A DNA stretch of 64,000 bases from Acidimicrobiaceae bacterium (lineage in GTDB: Bacteria > Actinomycetota > Acidimicrobiia > Acidimicrobiales > RAAP-2): positions 5,146 to 69,145 of the forward strand of contig PKYK01000033.1 in NCBI GenBank assembly GCA_003133665.1. Reading direction: 5' to 3'. Position 1 is the stretch's first letter; each line of letters starts with the position of its first letter. Shown piece by piece: positions 1-9,701 of the stretch. Both the position numbers and the translations under genes were made by a program. A model generated the notes under the pieces. It was not told the origin of the DNA. It was given only the letters and a program-made list of their open reading frames with translations, and made no database searches.

Positions 1-121
1 TCGGATCCGTCTCCACCACGCCCGCTCGCACCGCTCGAAACGACTCGAGGCCCTCGAAGGAGCCTTCGACGAGTCCGAAGCCGCATCGGGTGAGTCCGGG
101 GTCGATTCCGAGTACGAACAT
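1..121 (-). CDS. ruvC: Crossover junction endodeoxyribonuclease RuvC, 5' part (runs off the window)
   Basis: Manual translation from ATG at 121 gives MFVLGIDPGLTRCGFGLVEG, the RuvC N-terminal motif. It lies downstream of yebC, as usual. Confidence 0.92.
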   Translation of the reverse strand, partial: MFVLGIDPGLTRCGFGLVEGSFEGLESFRAVRAGVVETDP

Positions 122-129
122 ATGTTCGA
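114..129. promoter_or_regulatory. LexA (SOS) box overlapping the ruvC start
   Basis: ACGAACATATGTTCGA contains the perfect palindrome CGAAC-ATAT-GTTCG, matching the actinobacterial TCGAAC-N4-GTTCGA consensus. Confidence 0.85.
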
Positions 130-161
130 TACTATCCCGTCACCCTGACACTGAACGGGTT

Positions 162-911
162 TTATCCCTCGAAAGCGGTCAGTATTTCGTCGGGGATGTC
201 GAAATTGGCGTAGACGTTCTGCACGTCGTCGTGGTCGTCGATGGCGTCCATCAGCCGCAGGATCTTCTTGGCATCCGATTCGTCGGTGACCTCGATCACG
301 TTCTGGGCGACCAGTGTCAGGTCCGCGCTCAGGACCTTGACGCCGAACCCCTCGAGGGCGTCGCGCACGAGTCCCACGTCGTGCGGCTCGGTCGTGACGG
401 TGATCGTCGCGCCATTGTTGGTGAAGTTCTCTCCACCCGCTTCCAGCACCCACTCGAGAAGTTGATCCTCGTCGATGGGCCCCTGCACTTCGACGATGCC
501 CTTGCGGTCGAACTGCCACGACACCGCGCCGGGCTCGGCGATCGTGCCGCCGTTCTTCGACAACAGGTGCTTGATCTCGGCACTCGTGCGATTGCGGTTG
601 TCGGTGAGCGTTTCGATGATGACCGCGATGCCACCGGGCGCGTAGCCCTCGTAGCTCACCGCCTCGTAACGCGCACCTTCGAGTTCACCGGTGCCTCGCT
701 TGATGGCCCGCTCGATCGTGTCGATCGGCACCGACGCTTCGCGGGCCTTCTGGAACATCGTGCGCAGGCTGGCGTTCGAGGCCTGGTCGCCGCCGCCTTC
801 GCGGGCCGCAACCTCGACTTGACGGATTATCTTGGCGAATACCTTGGCGCGGGCGCTGTCCTTCGCGCCTTTGCGGTGTTTGGTTGTTGCCCACTTCGAA
901 TGGCCGGACAT
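162..911 (-). CDS. yebC: YebC/PmpR family DNA-binding regulator
   Basis: MSGHSKWATTKHRK, YEGYAPGG, TDNRNRT and DDVQNVYAN motifs. Confidence 0.96.
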   Translation of the reverse strand: MSGHSKWATTKHRKGAKDSARAKVFAKIIRQVEVAAREGGGDQASNASLRTMFQKAREASVPIDTIERAIKRGTGELEGARYEAVSYEGYAPGGIAVIIETLTDNRNRTSAEIKHLLSKNGGTIAEPGAVSWQFDRKGIVEVQGPIDEDQLLEWVLEAGGENFTNNGATITVTTEPHDVGLVRDALEGFGVKVLSADLTLVAQNVIEVTDESDAKKILRLMDAIDDHDDVQNVYANFDIPDEILTAFEG

Positions 912-953
912 GGATCCTCCTGCCCCCTTGGGCGTTGCAATGCTACCGGCAAT

Positions 954-1538
954 TCAGAGGGTGTCGACGAAGAGTCGATGGACCCGGGCGTCACTCGTGA
1001 GTTCGGGATGGAACGAACACCCCCAGACGTTGGCCTGGCGCACCAGCACGGGGTGATCGCCGTCACCGTGGTCGTGACTGGCCAAGACCTCCACCTCTTC
1101 GGTCCACGACTCGATCTTCGGGGCCCGGATGAACACTCCCGGCACCGGACCGATGCCCTTCACCTCGATCACGGTTTCGAAGCTCGCGATCTGGCGACCG
1201 TAGCCGTTTCGGCGAACCGACACGTCGAGCGCGCCGAAGCTCCATTGATCGTCCCGCCCGCCCAGCACGTGGCGGCTCAGCAGGATCAGTCCCGCGCAGG
1301 TCCCGAGCACGGGCAGTCCGTGGCGGATCTTCTCGTCCAGCCCCGAGCGAACGCCCGATGTCGTCAGGAGATGGGCAATCGCCGTCGACTCCCCGCCGGG
1401 CAACACCAGCCCCGCCAGACCATCGAGTTGCTCGACGTGACGCACGCGCACGACCTCGGCGCCAATCTCTTCGAGCCTCGCGACGTGTTCGCGGACGTCA
1501 CCCTGAAGGGCGAGCACGCCAACGCGTGGCACTACCAA
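954..1538 (-). CDS. pdxT: PLP synthase glutaminase subunit
   Basis: [32 protein letters not shown] and FHPE motifs. Confidence 0.96.
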   Translation of the reverse strand: MVVPRVGVLALQGDVREHVARLEEIGAEVVRVRHVEQLDGLAGLVLPGGESTAIAHLLTTSGVRSGLDEKIRHGLPVLGTCAGLILLSRHVLGGRDDQWSFGALDVSVRRNGYGRQIASFETVIEVKGIGPVPGVFIRAPKIESWTEEVEVLASHDHGDGDHPVLVRQANVWGCSFHPELTSDARVHRLFVDTL

Positions 1539-2428
1539 CCGCGCTCGGCGAGACGCACTTCCAGTGTGGACGTTTCGGCTCCGGGCATCGCGGCACCCAG
1601 TCCGGTAGAGACCTTCGCCAGGACGCTCGCCTCGTCGAAGTGCGTCGTCGCTTCAACAATGGCCCGCGCCATGCGCACGGGGTCCTCACTCTTGAAGATG
1701 CCCGAACCCACGAACACCGATTCGGCGCCGAGCTGCAGCACCAGCGAGGCGTCCGCGGGCGTCGAGATGCCTCCGGCGCAGAACAGGGGCACCGGCAACT
1801 TCCCGGTGGAGGCGACTTCTTGCACCAGAGCCAGTGGCGCCTGGAGATCCTTGGCCAGGGCGAACAACTCCGCGGCGTCGGCGCTCTGGAGACGACGCAA
1901 CTGAGCGTTGATGGTACGCAGGTGTCGCACGGCTTCGACGACGTTGCCGGTACCGGCTTCGCCCTTGGAGCGAATGAGGCAGGCTCCCTCCCCGATGCGG
2001 CGGAGCGCCTCACCGAGATTGGTGGCGCCACAGACGAAGGGCACGGTGAAGCCCCACTTGTCGATGTGGTTCTCCTCATCGGCCGGCGTCAAGACCTCGG
2101 ACTCGTCGATGTAGTCAACGTCGAGCGCCTGGAGTATCTGCGCCTCGGCGAAATGGCCGATGCGGGCCTTGGCCATGACCGGAATGGTCACCATGGCCTG
2201 GATCTCCTGGATCATCTGCGGGTCGCTCATCCGAGCGACGCCGCCATCGCGGCGAATGTCCGAGGGCACCCGCTCGAGTGCCATGACGGCAACCGCTCCG
2301 GCGTCCTCGGCGATCTTGGCCTGCTCGGGATTGACCACGTCCATGATGACGCCACCACGGAGCATGTCGGCGAGGCCGCGCTTGACCAGGGCTGAACCGA
2401 CGGTTGAGGGATTGTGCGAAGAACTCAT
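1532..2428 (-). CDS. pdxS: PLP synthase lyase subunit
   Basis: [35 protein letters not shown] and KGEAGTG motifs. Confidence 0.97.
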   Translation of the reverse strand: MSSSHNPSTVGSALVKRGLADMLRGGVIMDVVNPEQAKIAEDAGAVAVMALERVPSDIRRDGGVARMSDPQMIQEIQAMVTIPVMAKARIGHFAEAQILQALDVDYIDESEVLTPADEENHIDKWGFTVPFVCGATNLGEALRRIGEGACLIRSKGEAGTGNVVEAVRHLRTINAQLRRLQSADAAELFALAKDLQAPLALVQEVASTGKLPVPLFCAGGISTPADASLVLQLGAESVFVGSGIFKSEDPVRMARAIVEATTHFDEASVLAKVSTGLGAAMPGAETSTLEVRLAERGW

Positions 2429-2454
2429 GTTCTCAGCCTAACTGGAGCGGTCGC

Positions 2455-3357
2455 TCACCACTCCTCGAGCGCCCGTGCACGCAGTTCGACGTCATCGAGA
2501 TCGGCCATTTCGGCCTCGCGACGGTCACTCCAGATGTCGAACCAGATCCAGCGCCAGTTGGCGTACTTGGCGCCGGCGAAGAACGAATCGGCGGGCACCA
2601 CCTGGCGAGAGCACTTGCGCAGAGCACCCGCGAGTCCGAGTGGGTAGCGAATCGACGCGGCGGCGACTTCGTCGGCGCGGTACGCCATCCCGCTTCCCGC
2701 GAGAACTCCGCGAGATTCGTCACTGAGGTTCGCCACGCAGGCCACGCTCTCGCGGGTCAAGAGGCCCAGCCGCTGACGGGCGAGGCAGTGCGCCACCACG
2801 CCTTCGAGTTCAATGAGTTCGAAGTCACGCATCATGGCGCTGGTCACGAACAACGAGTGTCGGGTCCCGTCGGGGACCAACGCGGCGTTGTATCCGGGGT
2901 CGTCGATGATGAAGGCGCTGACGTCGGCGGCGCCAAAGGTCGCCGCCAACCGGTCCAGCACGGTGACGAGACGCTGCCGGTCCTTCGAGGTGCCGTCGGC
3001 CTTGAACTGATCAACCATGGCGGCGCCAAGGAGGAGCCCCTGGTGCTCGAACTTGACGAGGGAACGGCGCAGGTCCCACGCGTAGAGGGCCGCGACCGCG
3101 ACACCCACCGCCGGCAACCACGGCACCACCACGACGCCCACGATCAGCGCCACGACGACGGCGGCCACGACGATGGTCTGGGGCAGCTTGCGACGAACCG
3201 CAATCCGACGAACGATGTGCTGATTCTCGTGGCGCTCGGCGGCCGATGGGACGTAGGGGCTCTGCCACGTCGGATCGAGCACCGGCGCGACGTAGCGCGG
3301 CTCGCGGTCTCGCGAGGAGTTGGGCCGGCGTGAACGCGAACGTTGCTTAGTTGCCAC
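2455..3357 (-). CDS. Membrane protein, degenerate M48/HtpX-like peptidase lacking HEXXH
   Basis: N-terminal TM segments followed by HtpX-like segments (IIDDPGYNA, LFVTSAM, ELEGVVAHCLAR, YRADEVAA, YPLGLAGALRK). Confidence 0.6.
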   Translation of the reverse strand: MATKQRSRSRRPNSSRDREPRYVAPVLDPTWQSPYVPSAAERHENQHIVRRIAVRRKLPQTIVVAAVVVALIVGVVVVPWLPAVGVAVAALYAWDLRRSLVKFEHQGLLLGAAMVDQFKADGTSKDRQRLVTVLDRLAATFGAADVSAFIIDDPGYNAALVPDGTRHSLFVTSAMMRDFELIELEGVVAHCLARQRLGLLTRESVACVANLSDESRGVLAGSGMAYRADEVAAASIRYPLGLAGALRKCSRQVVPADSFFAGAKYANWRWIWFDIWSDRREAEMADLDDVELRARALEEW

Positions 3358-3366
3358 GACGCAAGG

Positions 3367-4473
3367 CTACCGTGCCGACTGAAAATGCTCGCGTGCCGTT
3401 GCGTACACCGGCTCGTACGCGTCCATCAGGCTGCGCATCGACCAGTGCTGCGCGTGCGCCCTGGCGGCGGCCACCCGCTCGGGGGTCTCGCTCGACAGGG
3501 CCGTCGCAATGGCCTGCTCGAGGGCTGACGAGTCGCCAGGCGCGAACAGCACCGCGAAGCCACCCGTGGCCTCGCGGTAGCCGGCGATGTCGCTCGCGAC
3601 CACGACGGACTCGCTCGCCATCGCCTCGAGTAGCACCAAGCCGAAGCTCTCGCCGCGCGTCGCGGGTGCCACCACGACGTTGGCCCGACGCAGCCACTCA
3701 CGCTTCTGGGCATCACCCAAGGCTCCCGCGAAGAGGATCCGCTCGTCGTTCGCCGCCAGTGCCTCCAGCCTGCGGCGCTGCGGCCCGTCGCCGACGATCA
3801 CCAGTCGCCACCGGTCGACGTCGCGCGCGTTGTGGGCCCGGACCGCCCGAATCGCGTGTTCGGTCCCCTTGCGCTCCTCGAGTCGACCCACCGTGACGAT
3901 GACGGTCTCGCCGGTTCGTACGCGCGGCGATGCAACGAAGCGTTCGGTCTCAAAACCGTTGAAGAGCACGAGAGCATCGATACGCGCCGCGCTGCGAATC
4001 GTTGACGCCGCCTCAGCGCTCACCGCGACGCTGGCGTCGATGTGCGACGAGAGGAATCGCAGCAGGGGTCCGGTGAGCCGCAGGGCCGGTCCGTTGCCGC
4101 TGCGATGGAACGTGGCCACCGCCGCGGCGCCGTGGTCGCTCAGCACGCCCCAGCCCACGAGTGGGGCGAACGGTTCGTGGAAGTGAACGACGTCGGGACG
4201 AAACGCTCGAACGGCCTGGCGGGCGCGCAGCGCGGCGAGAGGCGAGAGCGTCAGCGGTGCGCGAGATCCGTTGGCCGGCAGCGAGAGGAGACGGCCGAAT
4301 CGAGCAACCGACGCGAGCGAGTCAACGGTCGAGACGTCACGGCCGTCCGGAGCCACGATCAGGACCTCGTGCCCGCGCCGCTCGAGCTCGCGGCTCATCG
4401 CTACGACCTGCTCCTGCACCCCGCCAAAGACCCCGAGGGCGTAGGGCGAGATCAGCGCGACGCGGGTGCTCAC
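3367..4473 (-). CDS. pimA: GT4 phosphatidylinositol mannosyltransferase
   Basis: SPY..GGVQ, HFHEPF, GRLEERKG and GESFGLVLLEAMA motifs; located in the pgsA-patA cluster. Confidence 0.85.
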   Translation of the reverse strand: MSTRVALISPYALGVFGGVQEQVVAMSRELERRGHEVLIVAPDGRDVSTVDSLASVARFGRLLSLPANGSRAPLTLSPLAALRARQAVRAFRPDVVHFHEPFAPLVGWGVLSDHGAAAVATFHRSGNGPALRLTGPLLRFLSSHIDASVAVSAEAASTIRSAARIDALVLFNGFETERFVASPRVRTGETVIVTVGRLEERKGTEHAIRAVRAHNARDVDRWRLVIVGDGPQRRRLEALAANDERILFAGALGDAQKREWLRRANVVVAPATRGESFGLVLLEAMASESVVVASDIAGYREATGGFAVLFAPGDSSALEQAIATALSSETPERVAAARAHAQHWSMRSLMDAYEPVYATAREHFQSAR

Positions 4474-5357
4474 GGTTCAGGGAACAGCGGTTGGAGCACG
4501 TGCCACTGTTCGGGCGCCCGTCGGATCAGCCCTTCGAGTTCGTAGGCGATCAACTGGGTGACCCTCGTCACGTCCTCGCGCAGCCGACCGGTCCGCACGG
4601 CGTCAATCGGAGGAGTGATGACGGCGAAGTGGTCGCGGCCCGGGCCGGCGTAGCACCCGGCCGCCACCAGGGTCGCCCCCGTGCGCAGGGCCAGCGTGGC
4701 CGGGCCGGCCGGCATCGTCACCCGATCGCCGAAGAATTCGACTTCGATGCCGTTGTCCTGGATGTCGCGATCGCACAGGAGGCCCACGACGCCGCCATTC
4801 TTGAGCGTCTGCAGCAACACCGTGCCCGCGCGTTCATTCAACGGCTCGATGTTGATGCCGATCGAATGACGCTTCTCGCGAATCCACTCGAAGAGCGCGG
4901 GAGGCTCCAGGTCCTCGGCGACGGCGGTCATCGGCATGCCGAGATGTGCGAGGAATGATCCACCCCACTCCCAACTGCCCACGTGCGGCAGCGCGATGAC
5001 CGTGCCGGCCCCACGCTCCTGGGCGTCGGTCAGGTATTCGAGTCCCTCGCAGATTCGGAACCGGTCGTACACGGTACCTCGCTCTAGCGCCGGCAACTTG
5101 GCCCCTTCGGCCCAGTACTGGCCGTAGCCTTCGAAGCCGCGATCGACAAACCGCTCGAGCAACTGCTGATCGACGTCGCCGCCCGGCGGGGCGAGGGCGT
5201 GACGAAGATTCGTCGTCAGGTTCGCGCGCAGACCCCGCGTGCGACGCCCCACCGCGCGAGCGACATGTCGCCCGAGCCACACGTCAAGCCGTTCGGGCAG
5301 CGCTTCGATCACCGCGCCCAACGTCTTGAAGAGCGCGAAGCGCGCAGTTCCGGCCAC
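4470..5357 (-). CDS. patA: Phosphatidylinositol mannoside acyltransferase
   Basis: ALPHVGSWE, LLCDRD, VEFFG, PAGPATLA and PEQWHVLQP motifs; synteny. Confidence 0.88.
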   Translation of the reverse strand: MAGTARFALFKTLGAVIEALPERLDVWLGRHVARAVGRRTRGLRANLTTNLRHALAPPGGDVDQQLLERFVDRGFEGYGQYWAEGAKLPALERGTVYDRFRICEGLEYLTDAQERGAGTVIALPHVGSWEWGGSFLAHLGMPMTAVAEDLEPPALFEWIREKRHSIGINIEPLNERAGTVLLQTLKNGGVVGLLCDRDIQDNGIEVEFFGDRVTMPAGPATLALRTGATLVAAGCYAGPGRDHFAVITPPIDAVRTGRLREDVTRVTQLIAYELEGLIRRAPEQWHVLQPLFPEP

Positions 5358-5359
5358 GG

Positions 5360-6025
5360 CTAGTGACGCGACGTGCGACTAAGCCCTCGACGCAAACGAT
5401 TGGTGTGATAGTGCGCCCGCTCGACCAGGGGAATCGGCGGCGCGGGACGGGCCGCGATCTGCCACACCCGCCAGAATCGGCCCATCGCGGTCATCGCCGT
5501 CAGGACCAACAACAGCCACAGCACCGGGATGAAGATCTGGGTGGCGAGGAGACCGACGCCGAGCAGGATCATCCGTTCGGCGCGCTCCATGAGACCGCCC
5601 TTGGCGGCCAGGCCGAGGCTCTCCGCCTTGGAACGCTGGTAGGAGATCATGAAGGTCGTGGTCACGATGCCAAAGGGCAGCAGCACCAGTTGGCCGTGGT
5701 GGTGAGCCGTCAGGTAGTACGCGGCGCCCCCGAGCAGTACGGCGTCCGACAATCGATCCACCACCGAGTCGAAGAAACTCCCGCGTTGACTCGTGCGGTG
5801 CGATGCCTTCGCCACCGGCCCGTCGAACATGTCGTGGAAGCCCGTCGCGGTGAGCAGGAAGATCGCCAAGTGGTGGTGACCAACCGCGATGGCCCAGCCC
5901 GTCGCGCAGGCGAAGACCAATCCCGAAGCAGTGAGTACGTCGGCGGAGAAGCCAATGCGCACCAACCAGCGGCCAACCGGCGCGGTAGTCGCGTCTAGCG
6001 ACTGTCGAAACTTTCCGTCGAACAT
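5360..6025 (-). CDS. pgsA: CDP-alcohol phosphatidyltransferase (phosphatidylinositol phosphate synthase)
   Basis: DMFDGPVAK..GSFFDSVVDRLSD signature; synteny with patA and pimA. Confidence 0.88.
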   Translation of the reverse strand: MFDGKFRQSLDATTAPVGRWLVRIGFSADVLTASGLVFACATGWAIAVGHHHLAIFLLTATGFHDMFDGPVAKASHRTSQRGSFFDSVVDRLSDAVLLGGAAYYLTAHHHGQLVLLPFGIVTTTFMISYQRSKAESLGLAAKGGLMERAERMILLGVGLLATQIFIPVLWLLLVLTAMTAMGRFWRVWQIAARPAPPIPLVERAHYHTNRLRRGLSRTSRH

Positions 6026-6074
6026 TGATCCTCCGGACCCTTGTTGCAGAGTCTAACGGTACTGCCCGGCGGTT

Positions 6075-6581
6075 TTAGGCTCCAATATGGGCATGAACCT
6101 TGTCCCAGGTCGATGCGAGCGATTCGGGCAATACACGGGTTTCGGCGATTGACGTCATGAAATTCGTGTCGCCGATCCACCGGGGCAGCACGTGGCCGTG
6201 CAGGTGCTTCGGGATTCCCGCCCCGGCGGCCTGGCCAAGATTCATCCCGACATTCATGCCGTCGGGCTCGTACGCCGCCTCCAACGCCGTCACGACCAGG
6301 CGAATCGCCAGGAAGAAGTCCTCGTACTCGGGGAGGGAGAGTTCCCCGAGACCGGCCACGTGACGGCGGGGCAGCACCAAGAGGTGACCAGAGCCGTACG
6401 GGTACGCATTCAACGCGACGTACGACAACTCGCTGCGCCACAGCACCCCCGAGGACTGCGCCACCTCGGCTTCGGCCAGAGTGCAGAACACGCACTCGCC
6501 AGCGTCGAGCGCGTTCTCGCTCGCGCCGGTACTCGACACGTACTGCTCTCGCCACGCCGCCGAGAAGCGCTCGAGGGGCAC
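6075..6581 (-). CDS. HIT domain protein (Ap4A phosphorylase-like)
   Basis: CVFC, LNAYPYGSGH, GMNLG..AGAGI and HLHGH motifs. Confidence 0.92.
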   Translation of the reverse strand: MPLERFSAAWREQYVSSTGASENALDAGECVFCTLAEAEVAQSSGVLWRSELSYVALNAYPYGSGHLLVLPRRHVAGLGELSLPEYEDFFLAIRLVVTALEAAYEPDGMNVGMNLGQAAGAGIPKHLHGHVLPRWIGDTNFMTSIAETRVLPESLASTWDKVHAHIGA

Positions 6582-8563
6582 TACGACGCCTCGGGAGAAC
6601 CGTGACCGGCGATCTCGACCAGCAGGTGTTCACGAAACTGCGCCAGCGTCACGCCGCGCTCGGGATCGTTCGATCCGCGGGCGTTGATGCCCACCGTGCC
6701 ACTCGCGACATCCTCGTCGCCGACCACGAGGATGTAGGGGACCTTCTCCATCTTCGCCTTGCGGATTCGTGCGCCCAGGGGCTCGGACGCGGCCTCGACC
6801 TGCACGCGCACGCCGTCGAGACGCAGAGCCGCCGCGATCTCATAGGCGTAGCTGTCGTGATCGTCTCGCACCCCGAGCACCCGAACCTGTTCGGGATTGA
6901 GCCAGGTCGGCATGTTGCCGGCGTAGTGCTCGATGAGAACGGCCATGAAGCGCTCGACGGATCCGAACAACGCCCGGTGGATCATGATCGGCTGGTGGCG
7001 CGCATTGTCCGCCGCGATGTACGTCGCGTCGAATCGCTGGGGCGTCTGGAAGTCCAGTTGAATCGTCGACATCTGATGCGTTCGACCAATGGCGTCGCGC
7101 GCCTGCACGGAGATCTTCGGACCGTAGAAGGCGCCGCCACCCTCGTCGAGCACCAACTCCAGTCCGGCCGCTCCGGCCACCGTGGCGAGGGTGACTTCGG
7201 CTTCGGCCCACTCTTCGTCGGTGCCGACGGCCTTGCCCTCGGGGCGAGTCGAGAGCTCCAAGTAGAAGTCGTTCAGGCCGAAGTCGCGCAACAGAGCGAG
7301 GACGAACTTCAACAGACTGGCCAACTCATCGGCCATCTGCTCTTTCGTGCAGAAGATGTGCGCGTCGTCCTGGGTCATGCCGCGCACGCGGGTCAGGCCG
7401 TGCACGACGCCGGACTTCTCGTAGCGGTAGACCGACCCGAACTCGAACATGCGCAGCGGCAACTCTCGGTAGCTGCGCTGGCGCGACTTGAAGATCAGGA
7501 CGTGGAACGGGCAGTTCATCGGCTTCAGGTAGTAACGCTGACCTTCGTCGAGTTCCATGGGCGGGTACATGCCCTCGGCGAACCACTCAAGGTGCCCCGA
7601 GGTCTCGAAGAGTTCGGACTTGGAGATGTGGGGCGTGTAGACGAATTCATAGTCTCCCGCCACGTGGCGGCCGCGCGAGTACTCCTCCATCACGCGGCGC
7701 ATGATGCCGCCCTTGGGGTGGAAGACCGCGAGCCCCGATCCGATCTCCGAAGGGAACGAGAACAGGTCGAGCTCCTGGCCCAGTCGGCGGTGGTCGCGCA
7801 GTTCGGCCTCGGCGAGTTGGTGCAGATGCGCGGCCAGCGCGTCCTTCGACTCCCAGGCCGTGCCGTAGATGCGCTGCAACTGCGGATTCTTCTCGTCGCC
7901 ACGCCAGTAGGCACCCGCGACCCGCATCAGTTTGAAGTGGCCGAGACGCGACGTCGACGGCACGTGGGGGCCCCGACAGAGGTCGCGGAACGACGACGAG
8001 TTCTCGTAGGTGGAGACGACCGTGGCGCTGCCCGCTTCGGCGAGGTCTTCCTGCGTGCCGCCCGATAACACCGCCTTGATGATCTCGACCTTGAACGGCT
8101 GGTCCTTGAAGATCTCGAGGCCCTCCTCAATCGAGAATTCGGAACGGGTGAAGGGCTGGTCTTCGGCCACGATCTTTCGCATCTCGGCTTCGATCCGCAC
8201 GAGATCGTCATCACTGAAGTGGTCCCCACCGGGCAGGGAGAAGTCGTAGTAGAACCCGTCACGAATCGCCGGCCCGATGGCGTAGTGCGCCCCGGGCCAG
8301 AGTCGAGTCACCGCCTGGGCCAGAACGTGGGCGGTCGAGTGGCGAAGCACTTCGCGACCGTGTTCACTGGCGGGAGTGACGATGGAGACCCTGGCCCCCG
8401 CGGTCAGGGGGGCCGAGAGGTCCGTCAACTGGCCGTTGACCTCTGCGGCCAGGGCGTCCTTGGCCAGTCGCTTGCCAATGACCGCCGCGAGGTCCAATGC
8501 CGTCGACCCCTCGGGCAGCGTGCGAGCACTGCCGTCAGGCAGAAGTACTTCGATATCCGGCAT
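6581..8563 (-). CDS. thrS: Threonine--tRNA ligase
   Basis: TGS domain, RHSTAH, DLCRGPH, QRIYGT, KPMNCPFH, RVRGMTQDDAH and GAFYGPK motifs. Confidence 0.98.
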   Translation of the reverse strand: MPDIEVLLPDGSARTLPEGSTALDLAAVIGKRLAKDALAAEVNGQLTDLSAPLTAGARVSIVTPASEHGREVLRHSTAHVLAQAVTRLWPGAHYAIGPAIRDGFYYDFSLPGGDHFSDDDLVRIEAEMRKIVAEDQPFTRSEFSIEEGLEIFKDQPFKVEIIKAVLSGGTQEDLAEAGSATVVSTYENSSSFRDLCRGPHVPSTSRLGHFKLMRVAGAYWRGDEKNPQLQRIYGTAWESKDALAAHLHQLAEAELRDHRRLGQELDLFSFPSEIGSGLAVFHPKGGIMRRVMEEYSRGRHVAGDYEFVYTPHISKSELFETSGHLEWFAEGMYPPMELDEGQRYYLKPMNCPFHVLIFKSRQRSYRELPLRMFEFGSVYRYEKSGVVHGLTRVRGMTQDDAHIFCTKEQMADELASLLKFVLALLRDFGLNDFYLELSTRPEGKAVGTDEEWAEAEVTLATVAGAAGLELVLDEGGGAFYGPKISVQARDAIGRTHQMSTIQLDFQTPQRFDATYIAADNARHQPIMIHRALFGSVERFMAVLIEHYAGNMPTWLNPEQVRVLGVRDDHDSYAYEIAAALRLDGVRVQVEAASEPLGARIRKAKMEKVPYILVVGDEDVASGTVGINARGSNDPERGVTLAQFREHLLVEIAGHGSPEAS

Positions 8564-8579
8564 CGTGACCTTTCGTTGC

Positions 8580-9701
8580 CTACAGCGTAATGCCGAGCAA
8601 AGCCGCGCCTGGAGCTACGTTGTAGCCCGCGTGGGCCGCTTCATCGACGGCCATCAGCGCCGCGGGACTGTCGAGATTGTCATCCAGAGCGCCGCGCACG
8701 TCGTCGATCACCGAACTCGCGCGCTCCGTGGTCAACGTGGAGCGCCAGGTGGCCAGACGCGACTGAGCCCGCGACAGCAACTCATCGCGCCACTCCCAAT
8801 CCTCGCGGTAGTGCTGGTCGAGGAGAGCGAGACGAACGGCCGCGGGTTCCGCGCGCTCCACGAGCTCGGACACGAAGACGAGATTGCCAAGAGACTTGGA
8901 CATCTTGGTCCCGTCCAGACCGACGAGTCCCACGTGCAGCCAGTGCTTCGCGAAGGGCGCTCCGGTGACCGACTCGCTCTGGGCCGCTTCACACTCGTGG
9001 TGCGGGAACGCCAGATCGCGTCCCCCGCCGTGGACGTCCAGGGTCTCGCCGAGGTCGCGCAGTGCGAGAGCCGAACACTCGATGTGCCATCCGGGACGTC
9101 CCGCGCCCCAGCGCGACTCCCAGGCCGGTTCATCCTCGAGCGATGGCTGCCACAGCACGAAATCCAAGGGGTCGCGCTTTCGCAGATCGTCCGGCCGGCC
9201 GCCGTGGATCGCGGCGAGCTCGAGCATCGAGTCGCGGCTCTCGTGACTGACCTGGCCGAACCGGGGGAACTTCGAGACCTCGAAGTAGACCCAACCTTCG
9301 ACCTCGTAGGCGAGTCCCAGGTCGAAGGTTTCACCGATCAAGGTCAGGATCTCGGGAATTGCCCCCGTGGCGCGCGGCTCGCCGTACACCGGCAGGAGAT
9401 TCAGCAGTTGCATGTCCCGCTCGAACTTCGCCATCTCCTGAGCCGCCAAATCGAGGTAGTTCACCCCGAGTTCGCGGGCCTTGCGCAACATGTCGTCGTC
9501 CACGTCGGTGACGTTTCGCACGCAACGCGTCTCGTGCCCGGCGTCACGCAGTCGGCGCTGCAGCACGTCGAACGTCAGATAGACGTAGGCGTGACCCAGG
9601 TGCGCCGCGTCGTACGGCGTGATGCCGCAGCTGTACATCGTCACGATCGGGCCCGCGTCAAGAGCGAACACCCCACGCCTGGCGGTGTCGTAGAGCTGCA
9701 T
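8580..9701 (-). CDS. mshC: Cysteine--glucosaminylinositol ligase (mycothiol synthesis), CysRS paralogue
   Basis: CGITPYDAAHLGH, GRPGWHIECS and KMSKS; no anticodon-binding domain. Likely start is MQLYD at 9701, coupled to the npdG stop. Confidence 0.8.
   Translation of the reverse strand: MQLYDTARRGVFALDAGPIVTMYSCGITPYDAAHLGHAYVYLTFDVLQRRLRDAGHETRCVRNVTDVDDDMLRKARELGVNYLDLAAQEMAKFERDMQLLNLLPVYGEPRATGAIPEILTLIGETFDLGLAYEVEGWVYFEVSKFPRFGQVSHESRDSMLELAAIHGGRPDDLRKRDPLDFVLWQPSLEDEPAWESRWGAGRPGWHIECSALALRDLGETLDVHGGGRDLAFPHHECEAAQSESVTGAPFAKHWLHVGLVGLDGTKMSKSLGNLVFVSELVERAEPAAVRLALLDQHYREDWEWRDELLSRAQSRLATWRSTLTTERASSVIDDVRGALDDNLDSPAALMAVDEAAHAGYNVAPGAALLGITL

Noticed and set aside
90-1904. 604-aa + strand ORF and the many other long antisense ORFs (e.g. 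6602-8068, 8376-9731, 28078-29298, 52742-53971)
   Set aside because: They shadow well-supported genes on the opposite strand and carry no motifs; this is typical of high-GC codon bias.
8580-9701. Cysteine--tRNA ligase (cysS)
   Set aside because: Too short, has CGITPY rather than CGPTVY, and lacks the anticodon domain; fits MshC.
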